A stretch of 64,000 nt of DNA from IMG/VR virus record IMGVR_UViG_3300037478_000449, positions 36,219 through 100,218 of that record; one strand, 5' to 3'. A model generated the notes under the pieces. The model worked only from the letters and a program-made list of their open reading frames with translations. It was not told the origin of the DNA and ran no database searches. How positions within the stretch are numbered: position 1 is the first letter of the stretch; the number at the start of each line of letters is the position of its first letter. Source of the DNA: a virus. This document shows positions 9,297 to 17,388 of this stretch, piece by piece. The position numbers and the translations under genes are program-made.

Positions 9297-10073
9297 CTAT
9301 CCCACCCCCGCGAACAGGTCGAGGGCTGGTTGCCGGGGCCGGGTGGACACCATCTCCAGCAGCCGGTCCCGCCATGCCCGGGCGAAGGTGAGACAGTTCG
9401 CCTCGGTCTTGTGGCCCGGCCCGCAGCCGGGCACGTGCCGGCCGCGGAAGCTCCACGCCATCGAGTCGGCCGACCCCAGGTCGGCCGCATACGCGGCCAG
9501 CCCCTCGACCTTCACCCCGAACCCATGCAACCGCAGCCCCTGCCGGGCCAGGGTGGACACGATCAGCCCAATCTCCCCGGTTCCCTGCCGGCGGCACACC
9601 GACCCAAGCCCCACCACCGGCTCCCGGGTCAGGTCCACCCCAGCAGCGGCGAACAGGTCCACCGACCGCAGGTAGTCACCGAGCTGCCAGCCCTGTACCA
9701 CAGGCACGAACGGCAGGTCAGGCGCGAGGTCCCGCAGCCGCAGGTACGACTCCACGGTCTGCGCCTGGTGTTCGACGACAGTCAGGCCGGTCTTGGCGAC
9801 GATCCACGGCTCACACATGTGATCTTGCGGGCTGGCCCACTCCAGACGGCCGATCTCGTCCCGGTACCGCCGGACCGCAGCGGCGTACTGCTCTGGTGTG
9901 GTGCGCCATTCGCCGTAGGTCGACAACTCGGTGAAGCCGCCCGAGTCCAGCGCCCACGGCACACGCGCCCGCGGCAGCGACCGCCGACGGACGAGGCGCC
10001 GGTGTGACACGAACAGCGGGAAGTCCACCAGCTCCAGCCAGTGCGGCATGTGGGCTCCGAGCCAGAAGCGCAT
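9297..10073 (-). CDS. DpdA-like (TGT-fold) 7-deazaguanine DNA transglycosylase
   Basis: WALDSGGF, PQDHMCEP, PVVQGW, GLGSVCRR, LHGFGVK, SADSMAW; start at ATG 10073 overlapping VUT stop. Confidence 0.8.
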   Translation of the reverse strand: MRFWLGAHMPHWLELVDFPLFVSHRRLVRRRSLPRARVPWALDSGGFTELSTYGEWRTTPEQYAAAVRRYRDEIGRLEWASPQDHMCEPWIVAKTGLTVVEHQAQTVESYLRLRDLAPDLPFVPVVQGWQLGDYLRSVDLFAAAGVDLTREPVVGLGSVCRRQGTGEIGLIVSTLARQGLRLHGFGVKVEGLAAYAADLGSADSMAWSFRGRHVPGCGPGHKTEANCLTFARAWRDRLLEMVSTRPRQPALDLFAGVG

Positions 10074-10603
10074 CAGGTCACCGCCTGCCGGACCCGGCGC
10101 GGCCACCGGACCGCGGCCAGCAGCGCGACCGCGGCGAGGGTCATCCACGCCTTGCCGACGATCTGGCCGGGCAGGAACGCGAGCGAGCCGAACGCCAGCA
10201 GGAGGAAGATCACCGAATCGGCGACCAGCCCGACCGCGTTGGACGCCAGTACGGCGGCATACCAGCGGCGGCGGCGCAACGGTGAGTAGACGGCCATGTC
10301 CGCCAACTCGCTCGCCCCGAACGCCACGGCGGAGGCGACCACCAGGGCCGGTGGAGCCACCAGCGCCGAGCACCCTGCCCCGGCGGCGATCGCGGCGAGC
10401 ACCACCCACCGGCCGCCGAACTCGTGCAGCACGTCCCGCAGGGTGAACGCGAGCCCGGCGAAGTAGACCCCGGCCGGGGCCATCAGCCCGAACCCGACCG
10501 GTACCGCGCCGAACCGGACGATCGCCCAGTTGGCGGCGAACACTGTGCTGACGAAGCCGACCGCGGCCAGCAGTGCGGCGGTCCGGGTGGTTGGGGTGCT
10601 CAC
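10073..10603 (-). CDS. VUT/YhhQ-family queuosine-precursor transporter
   Basis: Multi-TM; AANW, GLAFTLRDVLHE, ASELADMAVY, SNAVGLVADSVIFL..AFG, GQIVGK. Confidence 0.88.
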   Translation of the reverse strand: MSTPTTRTAALLAAVGFVSTVFAANWAIVRFGAVPVGFGLMAPAGVYFAGLAFTLRDVLHEFGGRWVVLAAIAAGAGCSALVAPPALVVASAVAFGASELADMAVYSPLRRRRWYAAVLASNAVGLVADSVIFLLLAFGSLAFLPGQIVGKAWMTLAAVALLAAVRWPRRVRQAVT

Positions 10604-11745
10604 CGACCCACCCCCGCGAACAGGTCCGGCTGGTCGAACTTGGCAACGGAATCGGCGGCCGGTTCCGGTACGGACTCGGCTGGCCAGGCGAAGTCCGGCA
10701 ACGGGAACGCCGCCCCAGGCAGGTCCGCGAGTTGTGGGTGCAGCCGGTCATACTCAGCCTTGCCGATCTTGCCGATCAGCAGTGAGTCCCCCACTGCCAC
10801 CCGTGGCACCAGGTGTCGGGGGATGCGGTCCAGCCGCAACGGCCCCCGGATCAGGCCGGCCTGGTGGGCGAGGTGGCCTAGGTACACGGTCGTCCGCAGC
10901 CGGGCCACGGCCGCGGTGAGCGGGTCCAGCTCTACCCCATCCACACCGCCAGCGATGCGCCGCAGCGCCTCAGCCGGCGGCAACACCGGGCCACCGGTCG
11001 CGGACTTGCCGCCGCGGACCTGCCGCGGCGGCATCTCCCCGGTGGTGTACCACTGCCACAGGTAGTCGGCGGCGCGGATCAGGAAGTGGCCGGTGCCGGC
11101 GGTCGGGTCGCACAGGGTCAGCGGCTCGCCAGTGAACTCATTGGCCGCTGGCACGAGGGTCCGGTCCAGGATGAAGTCGCACACCCACCACGGGGTCTGC
11201 ACCAGCGCGTTGCCGCTGCGCCGGCCATCGGACAGTGCCTGCAACAGGTCCCCGACCAGCCAGCCGGTGATGGACCCTGGTCCCTTGTCCACGTCGTAGG
11301 CCAGCGGCGGCGCGTCACCGGCCCACCAGTCCGCCAGTGCCTGCACCGCCGCATCCGACGGGGTGCCGTCTCGCAGGTTGCTGTACCTCGGGTGCAGCAG
11401 CCACTGGGTGGCCGGATGCACACACAGCCCGCCGAATGCCTGCGCCAGCCGCACTACCGGGGTCGGCTGGTCGGTGAACCGGCCGGGCATTCCGTGTAGC
11501 CCCTTGCGCAGCCACACGTCCACCAGCCCGTGATCCTCGGCCCACGCCACAACCGTGGACAGGTAGACCCAGGTCGCGGCGACCTGCCGTCGCCGGTCGC
11601 GAGCCTCCGCGCGAGTCCCCGCTGCTGCCTCAACGCGCATCGAGTCGGCCAGCACGTCAACGTGGCAGTGCAGGGCGCGGATCAGCGGCTTGGTGAACCG
11701 GGTGTCGTCTACCGGGTTACCGGCTCGGGTAGCAGCGGTAGCCAC
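10600..11745 (-). CDS. Truncated PglX (BREX-2/Pgl methyltransferase)-like protein lacking NPPY
   Basis: QVAATWV..AEDHGL, LVGDLLQALS, ALVQTPWWVCDFILDRTL, DPTAGTGHFL, GVELDP, VAVGDSLL; ends without catalytic motif IV or TRD. Confidence 0.75.
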   Translation of the reverse strand: MATAATRAGNPVDDTRFTKPLIRALHCHVDVLADSMRVEAAAGTRAEARDRRRQVAATWVYLSTVVAWAEDHGLVDVWLRKGLHGMPGRFTDQPTPVVRLAQAFGGLCVHPATQWLLHPRYSNLRDGTPSDAAVQALADWWAGDAPPLAYDVDKGPGSITGWLVGDLLQALSDGRRSGNALVQTPWWVCDFILDRTLVPAANEFTGEPLTLCDPTAGTGHFLIRAADYLWQWYTTGEMPPRQVRGGKSATGGPVLPPAEALRRIAGGVDGVELDPLTAAVARLRTTVYLGHLAHQAGLIRGPLRLDRIPRHLVPRVAVGDSLLIGKIGKAEYDRLHPQLADLPGAAFPLPDFAWPAESVPEPAADSVAKFDQPDLFAGVGR

Positions 11746-11767
11746 CTATCCCACCCCCCGGTCCGGG

Positions 11768-12232
11768 TCAGCGGCCACGGCGACCACCCTGCCTCCGTGC
11801 CACACGTTCCTCGGCCCGCCGCTCAGCCCGGTTCGCCGACCGGTGCATCGCCGCCATGTCGCCGCGTTCCGCCTCGGTCAAGGTGATCGGCGGCGCGTCG
11901 CAGCCCGGTTCCCAGCGCTGCCCTACCAGCCGCCACCGGCACCCGTCCCGGTCGTCTGACAGGGACACCGGACGCTGGCACCGGCACGTAGCACTGGACA
12001 GCATCCGCTCCGCCAGCGCCAGCGCGGCAGCCGACGGGGACCGGTGCCGGTCGGCGATGATCCGCGCCCCCCGGTACTTCGCCGCCGCGTACCAGGTGGT
12101 CTGCCCGCAGTTGTGGCCGTCCGGTGCGCCGGGCACGTGGGGGCAGTCCCACCCGATCTCGCTCTCGGTTGCCCCGGCCCGGCCCACCAGGTCCACGCAG
12201 GCGATCACCGTGTCGGTGTACGTGTCAGCCAT
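11768..12232 (-). CDS. Hypothetical Cys-rich protein
   Basis: Start MADTYTD with GGAGG RBS. Confidence 0.6.
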   Translation of the reverse strand: MADTYTDTVIACVDLVGRAGATESEIGWDCPHVPGAPDGHNCGQTTWYAAAKYRGARIIADRHRSPSAAALALAERMLSSATCRCQRPVSLSDDRDGCRWRLVGQRWEPGCDAPPITLTEAERGDMAAMHRSANRAERRAEERVARRQGGRRGR

Positions 12233-12683
12233 CCTGCGCCTCCCCGTCGGCCGGCTCCAGCTCCTCGTACAGGTCGACCAAGCGCACAAGGTCCGTCAGG
12301 TGATCGTCGGCGTCGACGTTCAGCGGTTCCCGCCGTAGCGCGTAGCGGAGCGTTTGCGCCGCCGCCACAATCGTCTCGGCGACCTGCAACCGTTGCTGCT
12401 GCTCCGGCGTTGCCGGAGCACCGTTGGTCTCGTGGTGGGCGATGACCTTCCGGCAGACCAGCGCCAGCGCAGCTGCCGAGGCCAGGTAGCAGTGGATCGC
12501 CTCAGCCGTGACGAATGGGTCACCGCCACGCTCGAACCGGACGGTGGCGGTCGCCGACTGCCTATGGCCCTGGACGCTGCCGACCGTGTAGCCACCGGTC
12601 TTCGCCTCGAATCCCTCCAGGTCGGCCAGGATCTTCCGGCAGCCCTCTACATCGGCCGCTGTCAGCGTGTAGCGGTCAGCCAC
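12225..12683 (-). CDS. Hypothetical protein
   Basis: GAGGAGGAG RBS, coupled. Confidence 0.6.
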   Translation of the reverse strand: MADRYTLTAADVEGCRKILADLEGFEAKTGGYTVGSVQGHRQSATATVRFERGGDPFVTAEAIHCYLASAAALALVCRKVIAHHETNGAPATPEQQQRLQVAETIVAAAQTLRYALRREPLNVDADDHLTDLVRLVDLYEELEPADGEAQDG

Positions 12684-12957
12684 GGTCGTCTCCTCCTCTG
12701 CGGATAGTCGGCCACCAGCCGGCCGGGCTGGTCAGGGCGTTGCGGAGCCGGTCGGCCGGCGGGCGGCAGGCACCGGTGTGCGGCCGGCGTCGGCGGCCCC
12801 GGTAGCGGGGCAGCTCCACCGTGTCCGGGGTGAACAGCGGGTCGCCCTGGTCGTCCTGGTCGGCCCGGTGCTGCCGGTGGTCGGCCCACGCCCAGGCACC
12901 GACCGCGAACAGGCCCGTGGTGAGCACACACACGGCGGACAGGACCACCCACAGCAT
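12676..12957 (-). CDS. Small membrane protein
   Basis: MLWVVLSAVCVLTTGLFAVGAWAW N-terminal TM. Confidence 0.5.
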   Translation of the reverse strand: MLWVVLSAVCVLTTGLFAVGAWAWADHRQHRADQDDQGDPLFTPDTVELPRYRGRRRRPHTGACRPPADRLRNALTSPAGWWPTIRRGGDDRG

Positions 12958-13123
12958 CACCGGCCCACCCCCGCCGGTTGGCGGGGGCAGCACATCTCCG
13001 CGGCCTGCCGCATCCCGCCCCGGCCCATCCGCCACATCCGGTGCCCCAACACCCGGCCGCCGCGGCCAGTCGGCGCCGGTCCGCCGCACTCCGGGCACTC
13101 AACCGTGGGCAGGGTCGCGGCGG

Positions 13124-14209
13124 TCAAGGGGTGCACCCTTGCCACGGGATCGCGGGTGCCGGGGTGTGCGAGGGCGGGGTCAGCGCTCGCCGCATCAACG
13201 CCAGTTGCCGGCCCCAGGTGGCGCCGGTCCGCTGCGCCACCAGCCATCGTGCCTGCAAGCGGGCCGTCTCACGCTCAGCGGCCAGCCGCCGGTGGACCTC
13301 CCCCTCCAGCCAGCCCTGCCCGTTGCCGGCCTCGTGCTGGCCGTGCCGCCAGCGGGCCAGATACAGAGCGGCCCACCCGCGTACGGTCTCCCACCGGGCA
13401 CCGGCCGCGCCGCGTACGGCCCGGCCCAGCCGGGCCATGCCGAGCCCGGCGAGCACCAGCCCGGCGAGCAGCGGCAGCGGCAGCACCCCCACGGCGCAGG
13501 TGGCCAGTGCCCAGCCGGCGGTGGCCAGCCGGGCGGTGACCGTAGGCCGGGTGTCGGCCCGACCCGCCGCAGTCTGGGCCAGCGCCTGAGCGGCCAGCCG
13601 CAGCAGCGGCCGGGGCATCACCCCCAGCTCCCACGCCGCCGGCTGGGTCGCCGGTCCCCACTCGTAGCGGGCTCCGAGCACCGCCGCGTACCGGGCCGGC
13701 TCCGGGGCGGGTGGCGGTGCGGGTGGGGTGGGGCCGTCCGGCGGACCGTCGTCACCGTCCGGACCGTCACCGTCCGGCCCGTCGTCGTCGGTCGGGAGAA
13801 CGTCGTATGCGCCATCGTCGGGAGTTCGAGGCCCTCCCGCTGGCCTAATCAGGGTCACAGCGTCGGCCCGGATCTGGTCCAGGTCACCCAACGCCCGGTC
13901 CAGCAGCGGCGACCGGCGGACCGTAGCATCCGCGGCCGGCACAGCGGGCATCACCGCCGTAGCCCGCGGCTCAACCATCTCCGGCACTGCCGGTGGTGGC
14001 CACAGGCTGGCCGGTCCGACCGGCACCCTACCCACCACCGCCGGCCGGGCAGGTGGGGTGAACTCGTCCAACCGCACCCGGCCGCCCGGCTGGCGGCCGG
14101 TCCGGGCGGCCGCCCAGCCAGCGGCCCAGCACACCACCGACACCAGCAGCACCGCTCCGGCGAACACCAGCCACGGCGCGGTCACCGGCTGCGTCACAAA
14201 CTCCCACAC
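13124..14209 (-). CDS. Pro-rich membrane protein
   Basis: N-terminal and internal TM segments; DGPDGD repeats. Confidence 0.55.
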   Translation of the reverse strand: MWEFVTQPVTAPWLVFAGAVLLVSVVCWAAGWAAARTGRQPGGRVRLDEFTPPARPAVVGRVPVGPASLWPPPAVPEMVEPRATAVMPAVPAADATVRRSPLLDRALGDLDQIRADAVTLIRPAGGPRTPDDGAYDVLPTDDDGPDGDGPDGDDGPPDGPTPPAPPPAPEPARYAAVLGARYEWGPATQPAAWELGVMPRPLLRLAAQALAQTAAGRADTRPTVTARLATAGWALATCAVGVLPLPLLAGLVLAGLGMARLGRAVRGAAGARWETVRGWAALYLARWRHGQHEAGNGQGWLEGEVHRRLAAERETARLQARWLVAQRTGATWGRQLALMRRALTPPSHTPAPAIPWQGCTP

Positions 14210-14491
14210 GGTCCTACTCCTCTCCGGGAACCAGGTACAGGTCGGCGGCGGCGAGCTGCCGGCCGTGTTCGGCCACGCCGCCCAGCTGGGCGCCGATCGA
14301 GGCGAACTCGGCGGCGACGAACGCCGCCGACGGGCGGGGTCGGGCGACCCGGGCCAACGCCCGGGTCACGTCCGCCCACTGCGCATCCGTGTCCGGGTCG
14401 GGCTCGGCCAGCCGGGCGAACACCCGCGTCCAGTCGACCTTCCGGGCGGCCCGCCGTGCCCGGACCCGCCGGGCAACACAGCCCACCACGC

Positions 14492-15166
14492 TCACCGGTC
14501 CCACCGGCCCACCCGCAGCTCGGCCACAAACCCGGCCCAGTCGGCAGGCTCGGCAGGCGACACCACCCCCGGCCGAGTGCTGGACTCGCTCTGGCGGGAC
14601 CTCGCGCGATGGCGCGCCCGAGCTACACCCGCGCCCCGCCGGACGTTCACTGAACCCGTGACTGGTTCCAGGTGGTCAGGGTTAACGCAGGCACGGTTGC
14701 GGCAGACGTGATCGAGTTCAAGGTCGGCGGGTATCGCGCCCACCAAGTGCTGCCAGCTCCACCGGTGCGCCAGTGCGGCCGAGACGTTCGGGTCGTTGCT
14801 GTAGCGGTACGAGCCGTAGCCGCCATCTGTGCGTGCGCCGGTCCAGACCCAGCAGTCAGCGACATCGACCCGCGCCCAGAAACGCTCCTCGGCCGGTTGC
14901 CCTGCCAGGTGCAGACGGACGTTCGCGTCAGCATCCCCACGCCGCTTCCATCGCTGGTAGTGCATGTTGCAGTAAGTCCTCGCGTACTGCGGCCGGTCGC
15001 AAGGGTCCACGGTGCACGGGGCTGGCGGCCGTCGGGACGATTCGCGGATAGTCCAGACAACAGTCGGGTCCCCGTTCTTGCGCCAGCGTGAGTAGTGGGT
15101 GATGCACAAGCCCCGCGCCCGGGAAGGCTGGAGGCAGGCAGCCTCCGATGGAACACGGCGCATCAC
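14492..15166 (-). CDS. HNH endonuclease with N-terminal Cys/His repeats (homing-type)
   Basis: ARGLCITHY / ARTYCNMHY repeats; CWVWTG, AHRWSW, LDHVCRNRACVNPDHLEPVT. Confidence 0.88.
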   Translation of the reverse strand: MMRRVPSEAACLQPSRARGLCITHYSRWRKNGDPTVVWTIRESSRRPPAPCTVDPCDRPQYARTYCNMHYQRWKRRGDADANVRLHLAGQPAEERFWARVDVADCWVWTGARTDGGYGSYRYSNDPNVSAALAHRWSWQHLVGAIPADLELDHVCRNRACVNPDHLEPVTGSVNVRRGAGVARARHRARSRQSESSTRPGVVSPAEPADWAGFVAELRVGRWDR

Positions 15167-15308
15167 CTATGCCGGCGGCTCGCCGGGCCTTGACCTTCTC
15201 CCACGTGGTGACTTCCATCCCCCGCCTCCCTGTCCTTTCTGGTCCGGTCGTCCAGCCCCGTCCACCCGCACCCCCCGGCGGCGGGTGGGCGAGACTCGAC
15301 GGCCGGGC

Positions 15309-16232
15309 CTACTCGGCCAGTCCGCCCAGCAGCGCGTTGCGGCGACGCCGCTGCCACCACATCGGCAGCACCACCGCGGCGGTCCCCAGCGCCACCAGCC
15401 CGCCGCCGACCGCCGCAGCGGTCTGCACCGGGGAGCCGGTCACCGGCAGCGACTCGCTACCGTCTGCCGAACCGCCGCCACCCGGAGCGCCAGGCTCACC
15501 CGGGTCACCCGGTTCGCCGGGGCAGCCGTTAACCGGGTTCACAACCAGCTCCCACTGCGTGGTCGCGTCGCCCGGGAAGGCGTAGCCCGGTGCCGGGCTC
15601 GCCGTCACCGGGTAGGTGCCAGGTGGAACCGGCCCGGACGTGGCGTCGTAGACCACCCCGTCCTGGGTCGGGATCACCAGCTCGCCCGCGTCCGTTCCGG
15701 TGGCGCACTCGAACTGGGCAACGCTCGGCTCCTCCGGGGTGACACAGCCGGCCACCCGGAACGCCTTCCACTGCCCCTCGCCGATGAACGGGTTGCCGTC
15801 CAGCTGCTCCGGCCCGAACACGGTCCACTCGAACCCGCCAACCTCCGCCCCGTAGGCGTTGATCGCCACCTTGAACGCGTCGTTGGTCAGCCCGCCGTCG
15901 GTGGCCGGATGCCCGACCCACAACGGGTAGTCCAAGTCCCGCTCGCCGCCGCCGAACAGACGCCACTGCACCACCGTCGGCGCGTCGAACGGGCCGACCT
16001 CCACCGACGCGCCCAGCGACTCCGACACCGCCGTCTGCCCGTTGGCGGACGCGACGATGAACGCCTCGACCTCGGTGCTGATCTTCACCGGCCCGCACGG
16101 TGCGTACGTCCGGTCGATCTGCACTGGCTGCCGGACCATCTCCTGCGCCTGCGCCGGGCTGCCGCCGAGCAGCAGCCCGGTTCCCGCCAGTGCCAGCACC
16201 GCTACGGCACCGGCCAGTCTCTTGTAGGTCAC
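15309..16232 (-). CDS. Secreted LPXTG sortase-anchored surface protein
   Basis: Signal peptide ending AQA; C-terminal LPVTG + TM + RRRR; start at GTG 16232. Confidence 0.8.
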   Translation of the reverse strand: MTYKRLAGAVAVLALAGTGLLLGGSPAQAQEMVRQPVQIDRTYAPCGPVKISTEVEAFIVASANGQTAVSESLGASVEVGPFDAPTVVQWRLFGGGERDLDYPLWVGHPATDGGLTNDAFKVAINAYGAEVGGFEWTVFGPEQLDGNPFIGEGQWKAFRVAGCVTPEEPSVAQFECATGTDAGELVIPTQDGVVYDATSGPVPPGTYPVTASPAPGYAFPGDATTQWELVVNPVNGCPGEPGDPGEPGAPGGGGSADGSESLPVTGSPVQTAAAVGGGLVALGTAAVVLPMWWQRRRRNALLGGLAE

Positions 16233-16250
16233 TACCTCATCCCTTCGTCC

Positions 16251-16271
16251 CCGCCGGCGCGGTGCCGGCGG
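16251..16271 (-). terminator. GC hairpin closing the RAMP/repeat locus
   Basis: CCGCCGGC-accgc-GCCGGCGG perfect 8-bp stem just after tract 5. Confidence 0.5.
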
Positions 16272-16279
16272 AAGTTTCC

Positions 16280-16359
16280 GCGCCTTGCCAAGCCACGCCC
16301 GACCTGGCCACACATCGGCTCGCCCGGCCACGCCTGGCCGTACCGCGCCATGCAGCGCA
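16280..16359 (-). ncRNA. (GGY-NN)n tract 5, 16 pentamers, candidate guide RNA
   Basis: tgcGC tgcAT ggcGC ggtAC ggcCA ggcGT ggcCG ggcGA gccGA tgtGT ggcCA ggtCG ggcGT ggcTT ggcAA ggcGC then gga. Confidence 0.75.
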
Positions 16360-16360
16360 T

Positions 16361-17038
16361 CTAGGCGGCCGCCTCAAGCTCGCCGAACCGGCCGGTCAGC
16401 AGCGCCTGGACTTCCCGCAGCGCGGTAACGGTCGCCTCGTCAGTCCAGTCGCACACGTCACCTTCGATCGCCTGAATGATCTGCTCGGCGTGGAAACGCA
16501 CTGACCAGCCCGAGGAACGGCGGTTGGCGCGTTCCTGCCGTTCGGTCAGCCGCTGGCCGGCGAGGTGCCGCAGCGGGCGCTTGATCGGCAGCGGCTTCCC
16601 GTCGTGGTCGTAGGCGGTCTTCGCGGCCTTTAGCTTCCCGAGCACGTCCACGTCGACCGCGAGCGCGCCTGCGATCCGGTCCACGTCCAAGCCAAGCTCG
16701 GTGCCGATCTGCACGCAGCGGGACCGGTCGAACGGGTTCAGCTTCACGCCATGGCGGGCGTTGCGCCGCATGGCGTCCTCGAACAGTTCCGCGTCCGACT
16801 CGTAGTCGACCAGCTCCACGGCGATGACCGCCTCGGTGTCACGCCGCAGGTACGCCGCAACCCGGTGGAAGCCGTCCACCACCCGAAGCGTGGACCGCTC
16901 AGCCACCACCGGCGGGGGTTCCTCCCCGGCGTCTAGCGAGTTGGCGATCCCCCTGACGTTCACGTCGTCCAGGTGGTGCCTGGGGTACAGCTTGTAGTCC
17001 AGAACCAGCTTGGCCGCTGGGATCTGCTTCGTTCTCAC
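16361..17038 (-). CDS. ParB/Srx N-terminal domain protein inside the RAMP-repeat locus
   Basis: LYPR, PPPVV, LRVVDGFHRVAA, NARHG; start at GTG 17038 after GGAAGG. Confidence 0.82.
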   Translation of the reverse strand: MRTKQIPAAKLVLDYKLYPRHHLDDVNVRGIANSLDAGEEPPPVVAERSTLRVVDGFHRVAAYLRRDTEAVIAVELVDYESDAELFEDAMRRNARHGVKLNPFDRSRCVQIGTELGLDVDRIAGALAVDVDVLGKLKAAKTAYDHDGKPLPIKRPLRHLAGQRLTERQERANRRSSGWSVRFHAEQIIQAIEGDVCDWTDEATVTALREVQALLTGRFGELEAAA

Positions 17039-17067
17039 GTGCTCACGCCTTCCACTTGTAGGTGTCC

Positions 17068-17132
17068 TTGCCCTGCCACACCCCGCCGTGCGACGCCGTG
17101 GGTCGCCCGGCCAAGCCCCGCCATGTCTTGCG
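17068..17132 (-). ncRNA. (GGY-NN)n tract 4, 13 pentamers
   Basis: cgcAA gacAT ggcGG ggcTT ggcCG ggcGA cccAC ggcGT cgcAC ggcGG ggtGT ggcAG ggcAA then gga. Confidence 0.75.
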
Positions 17133-17175
17133 TGGGCGCCGAGGGCTCGAACCTCGGGTGCCTGCCGGTCGCCCA
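17133..17175 (-). ncRNA. Mini-tRNA-like element 3 (acceptor + T arm)
   Basis: TGGGCG..CCGAGG-TTCGAGC-CCTCGG-CGCCCA, 6+6 bp. Confidence 0.7.
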
Positions 17176-17180
17176 AACCC

Positions 17181-17250
17181 TTGCGCTGCCCCGCGTTGCC
17201 CGGCCGGGCCTCGCCATGCCCAGCAGCGCCTCGCATCGCCGCGACGTGCC
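17181..17250 (-). ncRNA. (GGY-NN)n tract 3, 14 pentamers
   Basis: ggcAC gtcGC ggcGA tgcGA ggcGC tgcTG ggcAT ggcGA ggcCC ggcCG ggcAA cgcGG ggcAG cgcAA then ggg. Confidence 0.75.
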
Positions 17251-17258
17251 GCGAACGT

Positions 17259-17299
17259 GAGCGCCGCAGGAGTCGAACCTGCGATACGACCGTCCGCCC
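17259..17299 (-). ncRNA. Mini-tRNA-like element 2
   Basis: GGGCG..TCGCAGG-TTCGACT-CCTGCGG-CGCTC, 5+7 bp. Confidence 0.7.
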
Positions 17300-17308
17300 G
17301 GTTTGCCC

Positions 17309-17378
17309 TCGCCTTGCCACGCCGTGCCAGGCCCTGCGCAGCCGAGCCGAGCCTCGCCCCGCACAGCCCTGCCGCGCC
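17309..17378 (-). ncRNA. (GGY-NN)n tract 2, 14 pentamers
   Basis: ggcGC ggcAG ggcTG tgcGG ggcGA ggcTC ggcTC ggcTG cgcAG ggcCT ggcAC ggcGT ggcAA ggcGA then ggg. Confidence 0.75.
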
Positions 17379-17388
17379 TGGGTTCGGC

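Noticed and set aside
14492-15218. HNH as an intron or intein within a short gene starting MEVTTWEKVK
   Set aside because: No group I intron or intein motifs recognised; cannot be supported without homologues.
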